NCBI GenBank assembly: GCA_964016885.1
Contig: OZ024745.1
Coordinates: 88,536,001-88,600,000, forward strand
Direction of reading: 5' to 3'
DNA: 64,000 nucleotides
Source of the DNA: Eledone cirrhosa
Lineage: Eukaryota
Program-made: the position numbers and the translations under genes
Shown: one piece after another, positions 1 through 14,180 of the stretch
Layout of the letters: each line of letters opens with the position of its first letter
How positions within the stretch are numbered: the first letter of the stretch is position 1
The notes under the pieces: generated by a model
Database searches by the model: none
What the model saw: only the letters and a program-made list of their open reading frames with translations
Told to the model about the DNA's origin: nothing

Positions 1-787
1 GCTTTTTACTAGGTTATCAGTGATGTTTTGGGGGTGGTTTGAATTAACATTAATATATTTAAGGGACTCGTTAGGTTTGTGGTACGGGTAATAGAGGGAA
101 GTATCTAGGTCGAGAGTGACATCTAAGAAGTTGGCCCTAGTCAAATTAGAATCTATAGTTATACTAAATCCTAGATTAGAGAAGAAAGAGCTTAAGTTTT
201 TCCGAAACCCATCGGTGGTTCTGGGGTCAACCTTATGCAGGGCGAAGAGGCCGTCGTCTCGGTATAAACCTCCCGTTAGGCCGGTAAAGAGGTTCCTCAG
301 GTTATGGAGGATGTACAGGCCCACAAGGTCGCTAATTTCAGCCGAGTCACTCGCCCCCATGCTAACGTCAAATGGGGTCTGAGATTTCTTGTTGATCCAG
401 TAAGATCCATCGTGGTATAGAAAGGTCTTACGAGCGTGGAGGATAATAACTTGCTCAGCATCGGTAATGGTGGTAAAATTCCTGGCAAAGTTAATTGCGT
501 CCTTCAGGAGGGGCTCCGAGATAGAGGCATAGTAGTTTTCTATGTCGAGTTGCAGGAAGCGAGTGTGGTGTTTATCGGGTAATTCTTGGAACCATGATAT
601 TGCCTCAGATGTTCTACTCCAGAGTGGAAGTGGTGAGGCTGCCCGCAATGATGGTAGAACTCTATCCAGGATCTTCTTACTGATAGAGCCTATGTCAGAA
701 CGAGTGGGGTTGATAAGTCTGACTGATGGTTTCTTGAGGAAATTTCCCTTATGGTCCTTCAGGGTAAAGTGCGGGGTCTTTACTTTT
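1..787 (-). mobile_element. Penelope-like element reverse transcriptase fragment (Naiad-like), 5'-truncated, reading frame open to the window edge
   Basis: My translation of the minus strand gives [95 protein letters not shown] with no stop. It is collinear with the RT at 58404-60296. Confidence 0.93.
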
Positions 788-1030
788 ATGTGTGTATATT
801 TATGTATGTATGTGTATGTATATATGTGTATATATATGTTTATTATATATGTATGTGTATTATATATTATGTGTGTATATTTATGTATGTATGTGTATGT
901 ATATATGTGTATATATATGTGTATATATATGTATATATATATATGTGTGTATATATGTGTATGTGTATGTATGTATGTATGTATGTATGTGTATGTGTAT
1001 GTATATATGTATGTTTATATGTATATGTAT

Positions 1031-1096
<66 letters not shown>

Positions 1097-1105
1097 ATGT
1101 GTGTA

Positions 1106-1144
<39 letters not shown>

Positions 1145-1314
1145 GTATATATGTGTGTATATATGCGTTATATGTCTGTATATATATATGTGTATGCGTG
1201 TGTATATATATATATATATATGTGTGTGTATATATGCGTTATATGTCTGTATATATATATGTGTATACTTATGTATAGGTCTGTGTATGTGTGTGTATAT
1301 TTGTATATATATGG

Positions 1315-1348
<34 letters not shown>

Positions 1349-1487
1349 TTATACATATGCATATGTATGTGTGTGTGTGTGTATATGTGTGTGCGTGAAT
1401 ATATATGTGTGTGTATATGTATGTATATATATATATATATGTATGTATGTGTGTGTGTATGTGTATATGTGTGTGTGTATGTGTGTG

Positions 1488-1534
<47 letters not shown>

Positions 1535-1595
1535 ATACATACGTATATATATATATATTTATATATATGTGTATATGTATGTTAGTATGTATGTT

Positions 1596-1672
<77 letters not shown>

Positions 1673-1777
1673 ATATGTATGTATATCTGTGTATATTTTT
1701 ATATATATATATTTATGTATGTATATATATGTATATATGTATGGTGCTTTTTCCTTATATATGTGTATATGTGTGTG

Positions 1778-1830
<53 letters not shown>

Positions 1831-1877
1831 GTGCGTATGTATGTATGTGTGTGTGTTTGTATGTGTATATATTTGTT

Positions 1878-1962
<85 letters not shown>

Positions 1963-1995
1963 GAATATATATATATATGTATATGTGTATATATA

Positions 1996-2028
<33 letters not shown>

Positions 2029-2093
2029 GTATATGTATATATTTGTGTCTATGTGTTTTTTATATATATATATATATGTGTGTGTATGTATAT

Positions 2094-2176
<83 letters not shown>

Positions 2177-2356
2177 TATATGTGTATATATATGTATATA
2201 TCTGTGTATATATATGTATATATATCTATATGTATTTGCGTGTATTTGTATACACATGTATATTTGTGTTTGTATGTATGTGTGTGAGTGTATTTATATG
2301 TGTATATATGTGTGTGTGAGTGTATATATATGTATGTGTGTGTGTATGTATATATA

Positions 2357-2433
<77 letters not shown>

Positions 2434-2545
2434 GTGTATGTATATGTATGTATATGAATATATTTATATATATGTGTGTGTGTTTTTATGTGTGTATATG
2501 TGTTTGTGTGTGTGTTTATGGTTGCGCGTGAGTGTGTGAGTGAGT
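788..2545. repeat. Long compound (TA)n/(TG)n/(TATG)n microsatellite
   Basis: Seen directly; it is the source of the YI/VC-rich spurious ORFs. Confidence 0.97.
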
Positions 2546-3010
2546 ATGTTTTTTTGTGAATGTTTCTGTTGATTTTTGGCATATAGTTGATCAGTTTAAG
2601 AGAAGTTCGAAGATAATTGTAAGATATGCACTCAGTATTTTGAATCTGTCTACAGAATTCTCTAGACCTTTGTCACTTAGTAGAACCTTAATGATTTTAG
2701 CTTTTAAAGAATCTCCCTTTTCTTTAATTCTATCGACCATGACTGACCCCCCACTGATCTTATAGACATCTGTTTGCTTAAGAGAAACTTAATGACAAGG
2801 AATGGTATGCCATCCGGAACCTGTTTATAGAATTCTGTCTGCCCTTGTTACTCTAAAAACATAAATAAATAAAAATAAACTATAGCTTTGTAGAATTAGC
2901 TTTTAATGAATTCCCTTTTCTATCAACCAATGACCTACACCCATCCCACTCCCCACCCTCTCCTACCACTTGTAGAGACCTATAAATACCATTTTTATTT
3001 TTTGTTACCC

Positions 3011-3061
3011 AGATTCCTGATGATTTCTAATGAATGAAACAGTTCTAGTCCTGTAGAATCT
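3011..3061 (+). ncRNA. Type I hammerhead ribozyme in an inverted pseudo-LTR upstream of the 1-787 RT
   Basis: agattc-CTGATGA-t-ttc(taat)gaa-t-GAAA-cag(ttctagtc)ctg-TA-gaatct: all three helices and the catalytic core are intact. Confidence 0.85.
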
Positions 3062-3108
3062 CATCTATATTAAAACTATATTTATATATATATATACACA
3101 CATATATA

Positions 3109-3147
<39 letters not shown>

Positions 3148-3148
3148 A

Positions 3149-3287
<139 letters not shown>

Positions 3288-3331
3288 CTCATATATATAT
3301 GTATATATATATATACTCATATATATATGTT

Positions 3332-3781
3332 AAGTTCTATTTAAATAGTTGGGATACAACAAGCATATATTTTGATAACTGATATAAAGCACTCAACAAA
3401 TATTTGGAGTAAAAATACGATGTTAATAAATGGTAACTATATTTCTAAAACCATATTTATTTGATTATACAGATTTCAAGGACACCAAGTTAAATAATGG
3501 TGTGCTTTCATCAGATAAAATATAATATAGAACAGTTTTATAAATAAATATTGACAGACCGTTTAAGAATGCAATCATTACTGTTGAAAGCTCCTATCCT
3601 GGAGCTTCCAACAGTAATGCTTGCATTCTTTAAGGGTATGTCAATATTTATTTATAAAACTGTTCTATATTATATTTTATCTGATGAAAGCACACCACAA
3701 CTTAACTTCGTGTCCTTGAAATATGTATAATGAATTAAATATGGTTTTATAAATATATTTTCCAGTTATTAATATCGTATA
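3332..3781. mobile_element. Fold-back solo pseudo-LTR of a Naiad-type PLE with an HHR on each arm (minus ~3460-3520, plus ~3673-3737)
   Basis: Inverted arms ~3414-3594 and ~3601-3781 around the loop tatcct. The plus arm reads tattttat-CTGATGA-aagcacac..gtgtcctt-GAAA-tatgta-TA-atgaat. The sequence is homologous to the pLTR at 54081-54320. Confidence 0.85.
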
Positions 3782-4235
3782 TATATATATATATTTACAA
3801 TATATAGAAACACACAGATACATGCGGACACATACATATACATGAATGTATCCACATATATCTTTGAATTAGTGGTGCCAACCTCAACCGATGTTGCTCT
3901 ATGAATAACTGGGAAAAAATAATCCGAATGAATTAAATTGATTCAGTATCAGAGCTATATAATACATTATGAAGAGAGAAGAAACATTAGATATAATTAA
4001 TAATAAGATATACCATACCTAAACTCCTCGACTACGTAGTTTCGTGGCATATTATGCAAAAACACTACATCGCAGAGATATAGAATTTTTGTGAGGTCTG
4101 CCGACTTATCAAGAGGATACTTCATTCAGAGTTTCAAAACCCGTCCGTAGGGCGCGAGATAGAATCCCGAAAGGCGGAGGGGTGTCAATCACGTGATACA
4201 GTGGTCAAGATTTATATATATACACATATATATCA

Positions 4236-4338
<103 letters not shown>

Positions 4339-4377
4339 TATATATATACATATAAGTATATATATATATATTTACTC

Positions 4378-4408
<31 letters not shown>

Positions 4409-4446
4409 TATATACTCATATATATATATAAATATATATATATATA

Positions 4447-4512
<66 letters not shown>

Positions 4513-4895
4513 CAAGCAGGTACAAAAACCAATACACAAGAAATATATGTACAGAAAAAGCACACATACATATATTAGATGGAAAACAACGTTGATTGCA
4601 TACCTGTGTAGTCAGATTGAGTCATAGATGTAGATTATGTAGATTGCTGCATGAGACTATAAGGTTTAAATAATTTAAGTCTCCGAAAGATTTTGTGCTT
4701 GCAGAAAGAAACAAGTCCAGCGTGCGGATGACCCGTTTTATTTCGGAGAAATACTTTTAGTAAATCCGGTAGATTATAGCTTATTGATTATGTAGAAAGA
4801 AGTGGAGTTTCAGTCTATGATTTTCCAGGTGTTGATGTAAGGATATGGGTTGTTTTCTTGGATTTCAAGGACCAAATATCGATAGATATATATCT

Positions 4896-4983
<88 letters not shown>

Positions 4984-4985
<2 letters not shown>

Positions 4986-5060
4986 CGAAGGAAATGTGGT
5001 AAGGAACCAGGTGGACCATAACGCACCAAAGTACTCAATACTTGGGGTAGTAGACTGGTT

Positions 5061-5129
<69 letters not shown>

Positions 5130-5345
5130 GTACATATTTATATATATGTATAATATATGTATATATATCAGAATGGTTGCAGTAAAGACCAGTTAGAGAA
5201 TTACTCTCTAGTGTACTCTATATTTAGTGTAGTAGAGTGGGTAATATGGAAAAAATCGGGTCCTCGACGGCTGAGCTCCGGCCTTTCAACAGCTAGATCT
5301 GAACTAGCTGTTGAAACTGCAGGAGCTCGACCGACGGCATGTAGG
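4984..5345. mobile_element. PLE pLTR-like family Y ending in a hairpin built from an HHR 3' half (interrupted by a TA tract)
   Basis: Shares gtggt..ccaggtggaccata..gcacca.agtactcaatactt.gggtag with 34178 and 51922. The terminal palindrome is centred on aacagctag-atctgaa-ctagctgtt. Confidence 0.65.
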
Positions 5346-5426
5346 TGTGCCTACCGACTTGATATTTATGATTAATATACAGTTAAGAATGACATATGTA
5401 TATATATAAATGTATATATACATATA

Positions 5427-6380
5427 TATATTGTTATACTTGGGGAGGGTCATATTTAAAAGAAAACCCACTGTACCAATAGGAAATGTATCATATGTAA
5501 GGTGAACCCCGGATAAACTGTAAAACTAGAAACGTAGTCTATAGCATAAGATGTACAGAGGGTACTTGCAGAAACATGACAACAACATACATAGGTGAGA
5601 CAGCTCGTAGCATAGGTGAAAGGATAGACCAACACTGGGGGGAACTAAAAGGACGAAAAAACGGGTCAGTACTATACGAACATGCTAGACAACAACATGA
5701 CGGTAACATAGACAACATAGAAATTAGAATACCAAAGCTAAACAGAAAGAATGAGTGGAACAACAACAACACCCAAACAAACAACACTGACCTAAGAGAA
5801 GTATAAATAAGTAAATAAAATAAAATAAAATAAGATAAATAAATACATACACAAGCACAATAACAACAAGCACATAAACACACACTAGTCACCCAGCAGA
5901 CACAACACTATACACACTAGTCACACAGCACACATAACACTATGCACACACGCAAACGCATGCGCAAAGAAGACAAAATAAAATAAGATAAACAAACAAG
6001 CAAATAAATAAATAAATATATAGACAGACTGAATAAAAAATTGCGTAGACATACAACACAACAGGAGGAACAATGAATATAACACCACTGACGATGTTGC
6101 AGATGTGCAACGAAAGATTTATGTAAATTATGTAAACTATATATATGTGTTTGTGTCTGTATTGTATCTGTATTATTTTTGACCGTCGGTCAGTCAATGG
6201 CAACATTGAGGACCGAGTAAGTTAGATCGCAGATATAAAAGACAGCGAGAAGCGAAAACCAACCAAACAGTGAGTGTGTTCTGTTATTAATTCTGGCAAT
6301 ATTACGCAAATATGACCCTCCCCAAGTATAACAATATCTGTTTCGACACACGATTTCATATAAAAAACCTCGCTAAACTA
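5427..6380 (+). mobile_element. 3' fragment of a Neptune-like PLE: GIY-YIG endonuclease, 3' UTR and degenerate HHR, with a short inverted terminus
   Basis: CTNRKCIIC linker zinc motif, then (after a frame break) NCKTRNVVYSIRCTEGTC..YIGETARSIGERIDQH..SVLYEHARQQH. CTGACGA-gttgca(gatg)tgcaac-GAAA lies at 6088-6115. 5427-5460 is an inverted copy of ~6307-6337. Confidence 0.8.
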
Positions 6381-6452
6381 TATATATAATAAATGGGAAC
6401 AATGAATATATATATACCTATATATATATATAGGTATATATACACACATATG

Positions 6453-6491
<39 letters not shown>

Positions 6492-6837
6492 TGTCAATAA
6501 ACACAAACAGTCCCAGACGTAGAGTGCCGGAAAACACCCCAAAGCCTTGCATCCGATGCTTTAAAGACACACTATTGATAGTTTATTAAGCACACATATT
6601 TAATCTGAAGTCGCTATGAAAGGATAAAATATTAATTTTGTTACATATATTGATATACTTACATTACTATCATTATAAGAATGACAAATATCTTCTCAGT
6701 CTTTGTAGGTTCTGTAAGGTTTTTGTTTGTAGCAGCAATTTAAAAACATTAAATGGCCGGCTGTTAGATGCCCACTTTTATTAGACACTTCTACATCACA
6801 ACTAATATTTCCAATGAATCTTATTTCTTATCCACTG

Positions 6838-7025
6838 GACGGTGGATTGGTAGTATCGGTAGAACGTCAGACACCATGCTTTGCAGTATTATGGCCTTTT
6901 ACGTTCTGATTTCAAATTCCGCCGAGGTTAGGTTGGCTTTTAATCTTTACGGGGTCGATAAAATAAATCGCCAGTAATAAACTGGAGTAATTGCTGGCCT
7001 TGTGCCAAACGTAGAAACAGTTATT
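6838..7025 (+). mobile_element. tRNA-derived Nin-domain SINE
   Basis: A-box/B-box-like head, then the ggggtcgataaaataaa..ccagta..ttgctggccttgtgcc core shared by about 20 copies or fragments in the window. Confidence 0.85.
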
Positions 7026-7426
7026 TCTTGTCCACGGCGTAAAATTGTGAACGGAAAAGTAGGCTTACTTGAGATGTTTTAGATTCGAACTCTTTTTTAA
7101 TCACATATAAAATGAACTCCATGGGTTTCGCTTCCATATTTCATGATTCAGAAAACGAAAATGTTGAAAGATAGAAGATATATTAAAAACAATTCAGGGT
7201 AGAATGAAAGAAATAGAATCTAAACCAATTGAATTGAATATATCAATGACAGGACCGCCCTCTAACACAGTTAAACATATTGATATATGCATGTATGTAC
7301 GAACAATATGTATTTATGAAAATGTATACAATATTATGTGTGTGTGTGTGTGCGAATTCACACGTACATATACATATCTACATACACTCTGTATACACAC
7401 ATACATACCTACATATATATATATAT

Positions 7427-7745
7427 ATTAATAAGAGGAATTCCAACTTTGTCTGATTTACTCGTTTTATTTACAATCCTTTAAAATTTATAATGGTATT
7501 ATAATGATAGAATATTAAATTCTAAGTGTTAATTGAACAAGTACTTTCATGCTTTCGCAATCTTCAGGTTCATAATATGTGGTGACAGTCAAGTTTGCAA
7601 TTTTCAACTGTCAGTACTTGTTCAATTAACACTTAGAATTTAATATTCTATCATACTATTTCATTATAATACCATTATAAATTTTAAAGGATTGTAAATA
7701 AAACGAGTAAATCAGACAAAGTTGGAATTCCTTTTATTAATATAA
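7427..7745. mobile_element. Fold-back PLE pLTR fragment with a minimal HHR on the minus strand (7535-7571)
   Basis: Inverted arms ~7427-7545 and ~7613-7742. The minus strand reads gaac-CTGAAGA-t-tgc(gaaa)gca-t-GAAA-gtac-TT-gttc. Confidence 0.8.
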
Positions 7746-7782
7746 TCTTCTATATACAATCATACACACCCGTGTATATTTA

Positions 7783-7859
<77 letters not shown>

Positions 7860-7862
7860 ATA

Positions 7863-7904
<42 letters not shown>

Positions 7905-7957
7905 ATACTGTATATATATATATATATACAGTATATATATATATATATATACAGTAT

Positions 7958-8004
<47 letters not shown>

Positions 8005-8374
8005 CACACACACACGCATATATATATATATATATATATATATGTACGCACGCACATGTGTGTGTGTGCATATATTTTTGTGTTTGTGTGTGTGTCATAG
8101 AGTGAAGTGAGGGAGAAAATAAGAGCTTCTGCATCTGAAGAAAACAGTAGAAAAAACCACTGATCTCCTTTAAAGATTATAAAACAAAGATTTTTTCTAA
8201 CGTATAATGAAAGTTATGGGGCTTCTACATAATGGTAGAAACAAATGGACGGTAAAAATCGAAATAACATATGACGATAAAGAGAAAGAAAAAGAGACTG
8301 AGAAAGAGACGAGAGCGAAAGGGACGAGCGTGATAATGTATATATATATATATATGCATATATATATATACATA

Positions 8375-8501
<127 letters not shown>

Positions 8502-9239
8502 GGGGGCGAAAGAAAAACAAAAGGAGAATGAATAGGGATGGGGACGAAGGAGACAGAGAGATAAGGAGCGGAGAAAATTAAAGAGCGAGAATTTAATAAA
8601 CGTATAGAGAGACGGAAAGAAAAGAATGAAAAAGATAGAGAGACGTCATTGGTAAATATTGTTGATTGGTTGAAAATAACATAAATTTAAGATGCGGCAA
8701 AATATCACGAACGGAGGATAACGCGATTAATATGTTAATATATATTAGTGGATAGCTAGGATAATAGATTGTTAGAAGAAAAGCTTTATATGTAGTGTCT
8801 TCCATTTATATTCAAAATTCAAATTCCACTAGCGCCACAGTGGTTTCTTTCCCTTTCAGATCGATTGAATTTCCTATTTCTGAACTACCCAATTCTGAAA
8901 AATTTCTTGTCCTTGCAATAATGTCAGTAAGTAATATATCCGCCAATAAAAGGCGATGTTTAGTTGGATTGGTGGATCAATGGAAATGTGCAGTGTCATA
9001 TTTAATTAGTTCTTATAATACGGTTATATCGTCTGTTAAATATTATCAACCGTTTATTGTTATCAAAATTCATGGGTTTCTAATACGCCCAGAATATAGT
9101 TAAATATTAGTTCTTTACCGTCTGATTTCAAACCTTGCCGGTACCACATTTGTCTTACTACCTTACAGAATCAATAAAATAGGTAGTAGTGAAGTACTGT
9201 AGTCGATATAATAGTTGATACATTCCCTAAACTGCATGA

Positions 9240-9500
9240 CACTCTGATCTCCAAGCTACGCACTCTATTGAGTAACGTTTTCCCAAAGACCTTTCGTGGG
9301 GAGGAATCTCATTTCGGCCGCTTGTATTCGCGATCATATTCTTTCGGTCATTATATAAGATTCATGACCATAGGTAAGGGTTGGCACGAATACCGAATTG
9401 AAGATAGTGAGTTTGGCTTTACACCTAACTACATTCTGATTACCTAATGTTGAAGCAGGTGGATTACTGCACCAGCTCCTGTAATTATTGCACTTAATTC
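9240..9500 (-). mobile_element. Decayed RTE-clade LINE RT C-terminal fragment
   Basis: The minus strand encodes PTLTYGHESYIMTER..RIQAAEMRFL, typical of RTE elements. Confidence 0.7.
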
Positions 9501-9589
9501 AGCTTCCTGCTTTCTATCACTCGTGACACTTGAACTTTCTATCACTCGAGACACTTGAACTTGAACCCTAACCCTAACTCTACCATCAA

Positions 9590-10100
9590 GGAACAAGAAA
9601 TCCCCAACAAGTATCTGCTGTATAGAAGAGGAATACTGGCCGAAACGTAAAATAAAATCCGTCATAAAATTCAAACAGAATCGGCTTGATATTGTTATTT
9701 GGAGCCACATGTTAATATCATGCTCTGTTGTACATGTTGGTTAGCCAGTCAAGGTCAACATGAGAAGAAAATGCAAGAGAAGGCGGATACTTATGTTACA
9801 TTTCTGTGGGGTTTGTACATCCAGTATCCAAGATACACGTTCAGCTTCATACCTATTATTATTGGAGATAAAGAATATGTATGGTCCAAAGTATGACTTG
9901 TCTAGAAATAATATAGGTCTCTAATCCAGAAGTTACATATAGTCACGATATCTTGAAGTTTTAAATCCGTAAAACATTTCTACGTTTCAAAGGATGTACG
10001 TTTGCACAAGGGTCGAGGGAATTTCCTTTTCTTTAGAAACTTGCCATCGGGAAGGTGTCCGGTTAGAAATAAAATCAAAATTGAGAGAAAGAGAAAATAT
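9590..10100 (+). mobile_element. Highly decayed R4/Dong-like LINE 3' fragment
   Basis: Homologous to 12037-12875: qeqe.ptkyll, EEYW..KIK, QYPRYTFSFIPIIIG and the shared tail gggaaggtg.ccggt. Confidence 0.7.
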
Positions 10101-10124
10101 ACGCACACGCATATATGCATACAT

Positions 10125-10955
10125 ACATACAAAACTGCATGCTTATCAGCAAAAAATCATGCATGGATATGTTGCCAGTAGGCTCCAGGGTGAAAGTAAT
10201 ATAGATAAAGAAAGTAGTCTATCTTGAACCAACAACCGCTATATTGGCTCCCACTTTGAAGGATACGCTTTTGCAATCCAAGAACAGGAAATCAACACGA
10301 AATACCTGATTCACAAAAGAGATATGGATGCAGGAAAAACACCTAGATATGATAACAAGTGCAGACTCTGCAGAATTAACATCGAATATGTCACCCATGT
10401 CATAAGTAGCTGTACAAAGATGTCATTGCGGTACTATCTACCTATGAGGCATGATGTGGCCAACACACTGTACAATGCAATCCGTAGAAAATATAGCACC
10501 GATAATAAACACATTAAAAGCTACAGCAATGTGGAAGTCATACATATACATAATATGAAAGAGTAGTGGTTGAATGTTCCAGTAAAAAAACCCAATAAAA
10601 TGCAGGCATAACAGACCAGATATTATGATATGGGACAGGGAAAATAAGGCATGCACAGTAGTGGAAGTTAGCTGCCCAGCAGATGCCAATATAATATCAA
10701 AAATTAGCGAAAAGGAGAATGTTTATGCAGAACTGATGAGAAATCTGCAGATACTCCACCCTGATTACACCTTCAGATTTGTGCCTGTGATTATTGGGGC
10801 ACTGGGATATGTTAGTAACTGCCTCAATACAAATCTTGAGAAGCTGGGCTTTTCAGGAACAAAAAAAAACAAAAGTAGTTAGGAAATTCCAAGTATAATC
10901 CATTAATGGAACACTAAAAATATGTAAAAGATTCCAAACATTTTGCATCTAATAA
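10125..10955 (+). mobile_element. R4/Dong-like LINE 3' fragment (CCHC zinc knuckle plus restriction-like endonuclease), disrupted
   Basis: AIQEQEINTKY..CRLCRINIEYVTHVISSC..RHD..RPDIMIWD..VEVSCPAD..EKENVY..FVPVIIGALG, with stops and frameshifts. Confidence 0.9.
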
Positions 10956-11365
10956 CTGCATATACACATGTACAGACACTAAGCATATACACATGCACAC
11001 ATACAACTCAAAACATACACATCGACACATACAATAACATCTATATCTACACATGCAGACATGCATACATATCTACCTAGTTGATGGTGTGTAAATTCCA
11101 ATGAGAGAGTCTTGTATCTATGTTACATACCGACTCTTTTCGCAAACATTTGTGAAATTATAAAACCAGAAGAACATGCACACATACGCACATACACACA
11201 TACATATATACATACGTACATACATACACTCACGTATGTAGTCATATATACATATTTATCTAGTTGATGTCTAAATTCTAATGAAAGAATCTTGTGTCTT
11301 TGTTAGAAACAGGATCTCTCTCTATTGGAGAAAATGTGTAAAATAATGAAAACAGATGAACGAAC

Positions 11366-11422
<57 letters not shown>

Positions 11423-11425
<3 letters not shown>

Positions 11426-12036
11426 TGGCTGCCAACTCGTTTTCGAGTACGGACACTACTTTATATCCATGTAGTAGGAGAACCCCTGCCGATGCGCTGA
11501 ACAAGTGTGACTTTTCAGTCCAGCCAGCCACTTGAAAGCTCTGGTACAAACACTACACTTGTGACAATTATTGACACATAGTGCAGGGCCCATGGTACCA
11601 TGTGACGACAAGTGCCGAGAGATCTGCGGATATAGAGCAATGCCTGTGCCGTGAAGATTTTATAGTGAGCAAATGCACTGTGCAAAGCCAGTCCCACTCT
11701 CTTAAATAAGATGATACTTACCAAAAAGAAGAACAAGTCAACATCATTGGATACCATCAGGGTTGCAGGTGTTATATCAGAGTTTTCCTTCTCCTAGAAT
11801 TCTGCCTTGACAAAGGCTAAGGGGTCATCTCTCCCGGTGATTTTGGATGACCATTGACTCTTAAGAGCTCCTATGCCCTTTGACAGGTTTTGTTTTTAGT
11901 CCTGCAGGATGTCCAAAGTCACCCTCCTCACCAAGAAACCTTGGTGGGGATTCCAGTTTAGTCGCCAACAACATGACCATGAGACAGGTTGTACTGGGAT
12001 ACATGTTACCAGTAGCACCAACTGGTGACCTGACAT
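11423..12036 (-). mobile_element. ~610 bp non-autonomous retroposon family X (RTE 5'UTR-like head), copy 1
   Basis: Near-identical to 34367-34978 and 52411-52995 with the same ends. It contains ctaggagaaggaaaactctgat, which I recall from RTE 5' UTRs. A (TA)n tract lies at the 3' end. Confidence 0.75.
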
Positions 12037-12875
12037 AATATACAGAAAAAGTTGTGCATGGATACTTGAGACGTAAAACACATACTATAGAGGGGATAAA
12101 CCACTCAAAAAGCCTGGCATGGAGTTCCGACAAGTTTATGACATCACACCTTGCAATACAGGAACAAGAACTCCCTACCAAATATCTGCTGCACAAAAGG
12201 GGAGGGCCAGCAGATGACAATAAATGTAGGCTATGTAAAACAAAGATCGAGGATGTAAGCCACATTGTTGCCAGCTGCGAAAGAATGTCATCTCGCTACT
12301 ACCTCCCCATGAGACACGATGGGATAGCTAGAACCATCTGGAACGCACTTCGGAAAACAAAATTAACAACAAACGAGGAAGAATATATTGAGACAGGTGG
12401 CACTAAGGAATACTGGTGGAACCTGAAAATAAAAACTGCCACCGAATTAAAGCAAAACCTGCCTGATATTGTTGTTTGGGACCACACATTGAAAATGTGT
12501 TCTGTTGTGGAGATCAGCTGCCCACTGGATGTAAACGTTGTCAGAAAAATACAGGAGAGGGGGACATCTACGGACCATTGATAAGGAGTTTACAAATCCA
12601 GTATCCAATATACACCGTTAGCTTCATACCCATCATTATTGGAGCTACGAGTTATACACCAACCCGCTTGGACTAAAGTATGACTGAACTTGGATTTGCG
12701 GACAAAAGGCGCAGCTCCCTAATTCATAGTCTACAAATGGCTGCGATAGCTGGCACCTTCAAAATCTGCAAAACATTCTTGCGATTCAAGAAATGACAAT
12801 TTCTTTTCTTTTACAGGGAAGGTGGCCGGTCAAAAAAAATATACTCGGAATTAAGAGAAAGAGATAACATACAAC
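12037..12875 (+). mobile_element. R4/Dong-like LINE 3' fragment (CCHC plus RLE domain), disrupted
   Basis: ORF 12054-12581 has CRLCKTKIEDVSHIVASC..RHD..PDIVVWD..VEISCP. The frameshifted continuation is YGPLIRSLQIQYP..FIPIIIGA. Confidence 0.9.
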
Positions 12876-12907
12876 ACACATACATACATATATGATGGCT
12901 GCAAACT

Positions 12908-14180
12908 CTGCTCAGCCGTTAATTTTCATATGGAAAGTATATACTTTCGGACGTTCAACCATCTGGCAGAAAGTTATACGGTGCTGACGATAGCTAATAA
13001 GCTTGAAACTAGTACATCGTTCCTGTGTCAGTGTTGAACAAAAAGGTGACGTGGTTGCCTAAACACTGTACGGCGTAATTCAGGCTGTTTGTTTGTTTAC
13101 AAACCAACAAACCGAGCATTATAATAAATTATCGGTAAACTGATACGTGCATATATATATGTGTGCCTGTATGTATACATATACATGCTACTGTAAGTCT
13201 GTATACATATATGTATGTACGTATACATACATACTTACATTTAAGTAAGTGGCGTACTAAGAGTGAGAAAAGAAATTTCGTTTCATTCTATTCCATTTAT
13301 CGTTTTCGGTGCGCCTGGCCGACTGAACTCACTCGATATGCAAATTAGGCTGCTCAGCCGTTAATTTTCATAAGGAAAGTATATACTTTCGGACGTTCAA
13401 CCATCTGGCAGAAAGTTATACAGTGCTGACGATAGCTAATAAGCTTGAAACTAGTACATCGTTCCTGTGTCTGTGTTGAACAAAAAGGTGACGTGGTTTC
13501 CTAAACACTGTACGGCGTAATTCAGGCTGTTTGTTTGTTTACAAACGAACAAACCGAGCATTATAATAAATGTTCGGTAAACTGATACGTGCATATATAT
13601 ATATGTGTGCCTGTATGTATATATATACATGCTACTGTACGTCTGTATACATATATGTATGTACGTATACATACATACTTACATTTAAGTAAGTGCCGTA
13701 GTAAGAGTGAGAAATGAAATTTCGTTTCATTCTATTCCATTTATCGTTTTCGGTGCGCCTGGCCGACTGAACTCACTCGATATGCAAATTAGGCTGCTCA
13801 GCCGTTAATTTTCATAAGGAAAGTATATACTTTCGACGTTCAACCATCTGGCAGAAAGGTATATGGTGCTGACGATAGCTAATAAGCTTGAAACTAGTAC
13901 ATCGTTCCTGTGTCAGTGTTGAACAAAAAGGTGACGTGGTTGCCTAAACACTGTACGGCGTAATTCAGGCTGTTTGTTTGTTTATAAACGAACAAACCGA
14001 GCATTATAATAAATGTTCGGTAAACTGATACGTGCATATATATATGTGTGCCTGTATGTATATATATACATGCTACTGTACGTCTGTATACATATATGTA
14101 TGTACGTATACACACATACTTACATTTAAGTAAGTGCCGTACTAAGAGTGAGAAATGAAATTTCGTTTCATTCTATTCCA

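Noticed and set aside
542-2582. Long ORFs of 170-390 aa rich in Y/I/V/C/M, and many similar ORFs across the window
   Set aside because: They are translations of (TA)n/(TG)n/(CA)n microsatellites, which lack stop codons.
4027-4080. Minus-strand HHR-like segment (GAAA-ctacgtag-TC-gag)
   Set aside because: The 5' core reads TGCGATGTA rather than CTGANGA, so it is at best a decayed remnant.
9563-9580. Telomere-like ccctaa repeats
   Set aside because: Only two units, not distinguishable from chance or a transposon-internal motif.
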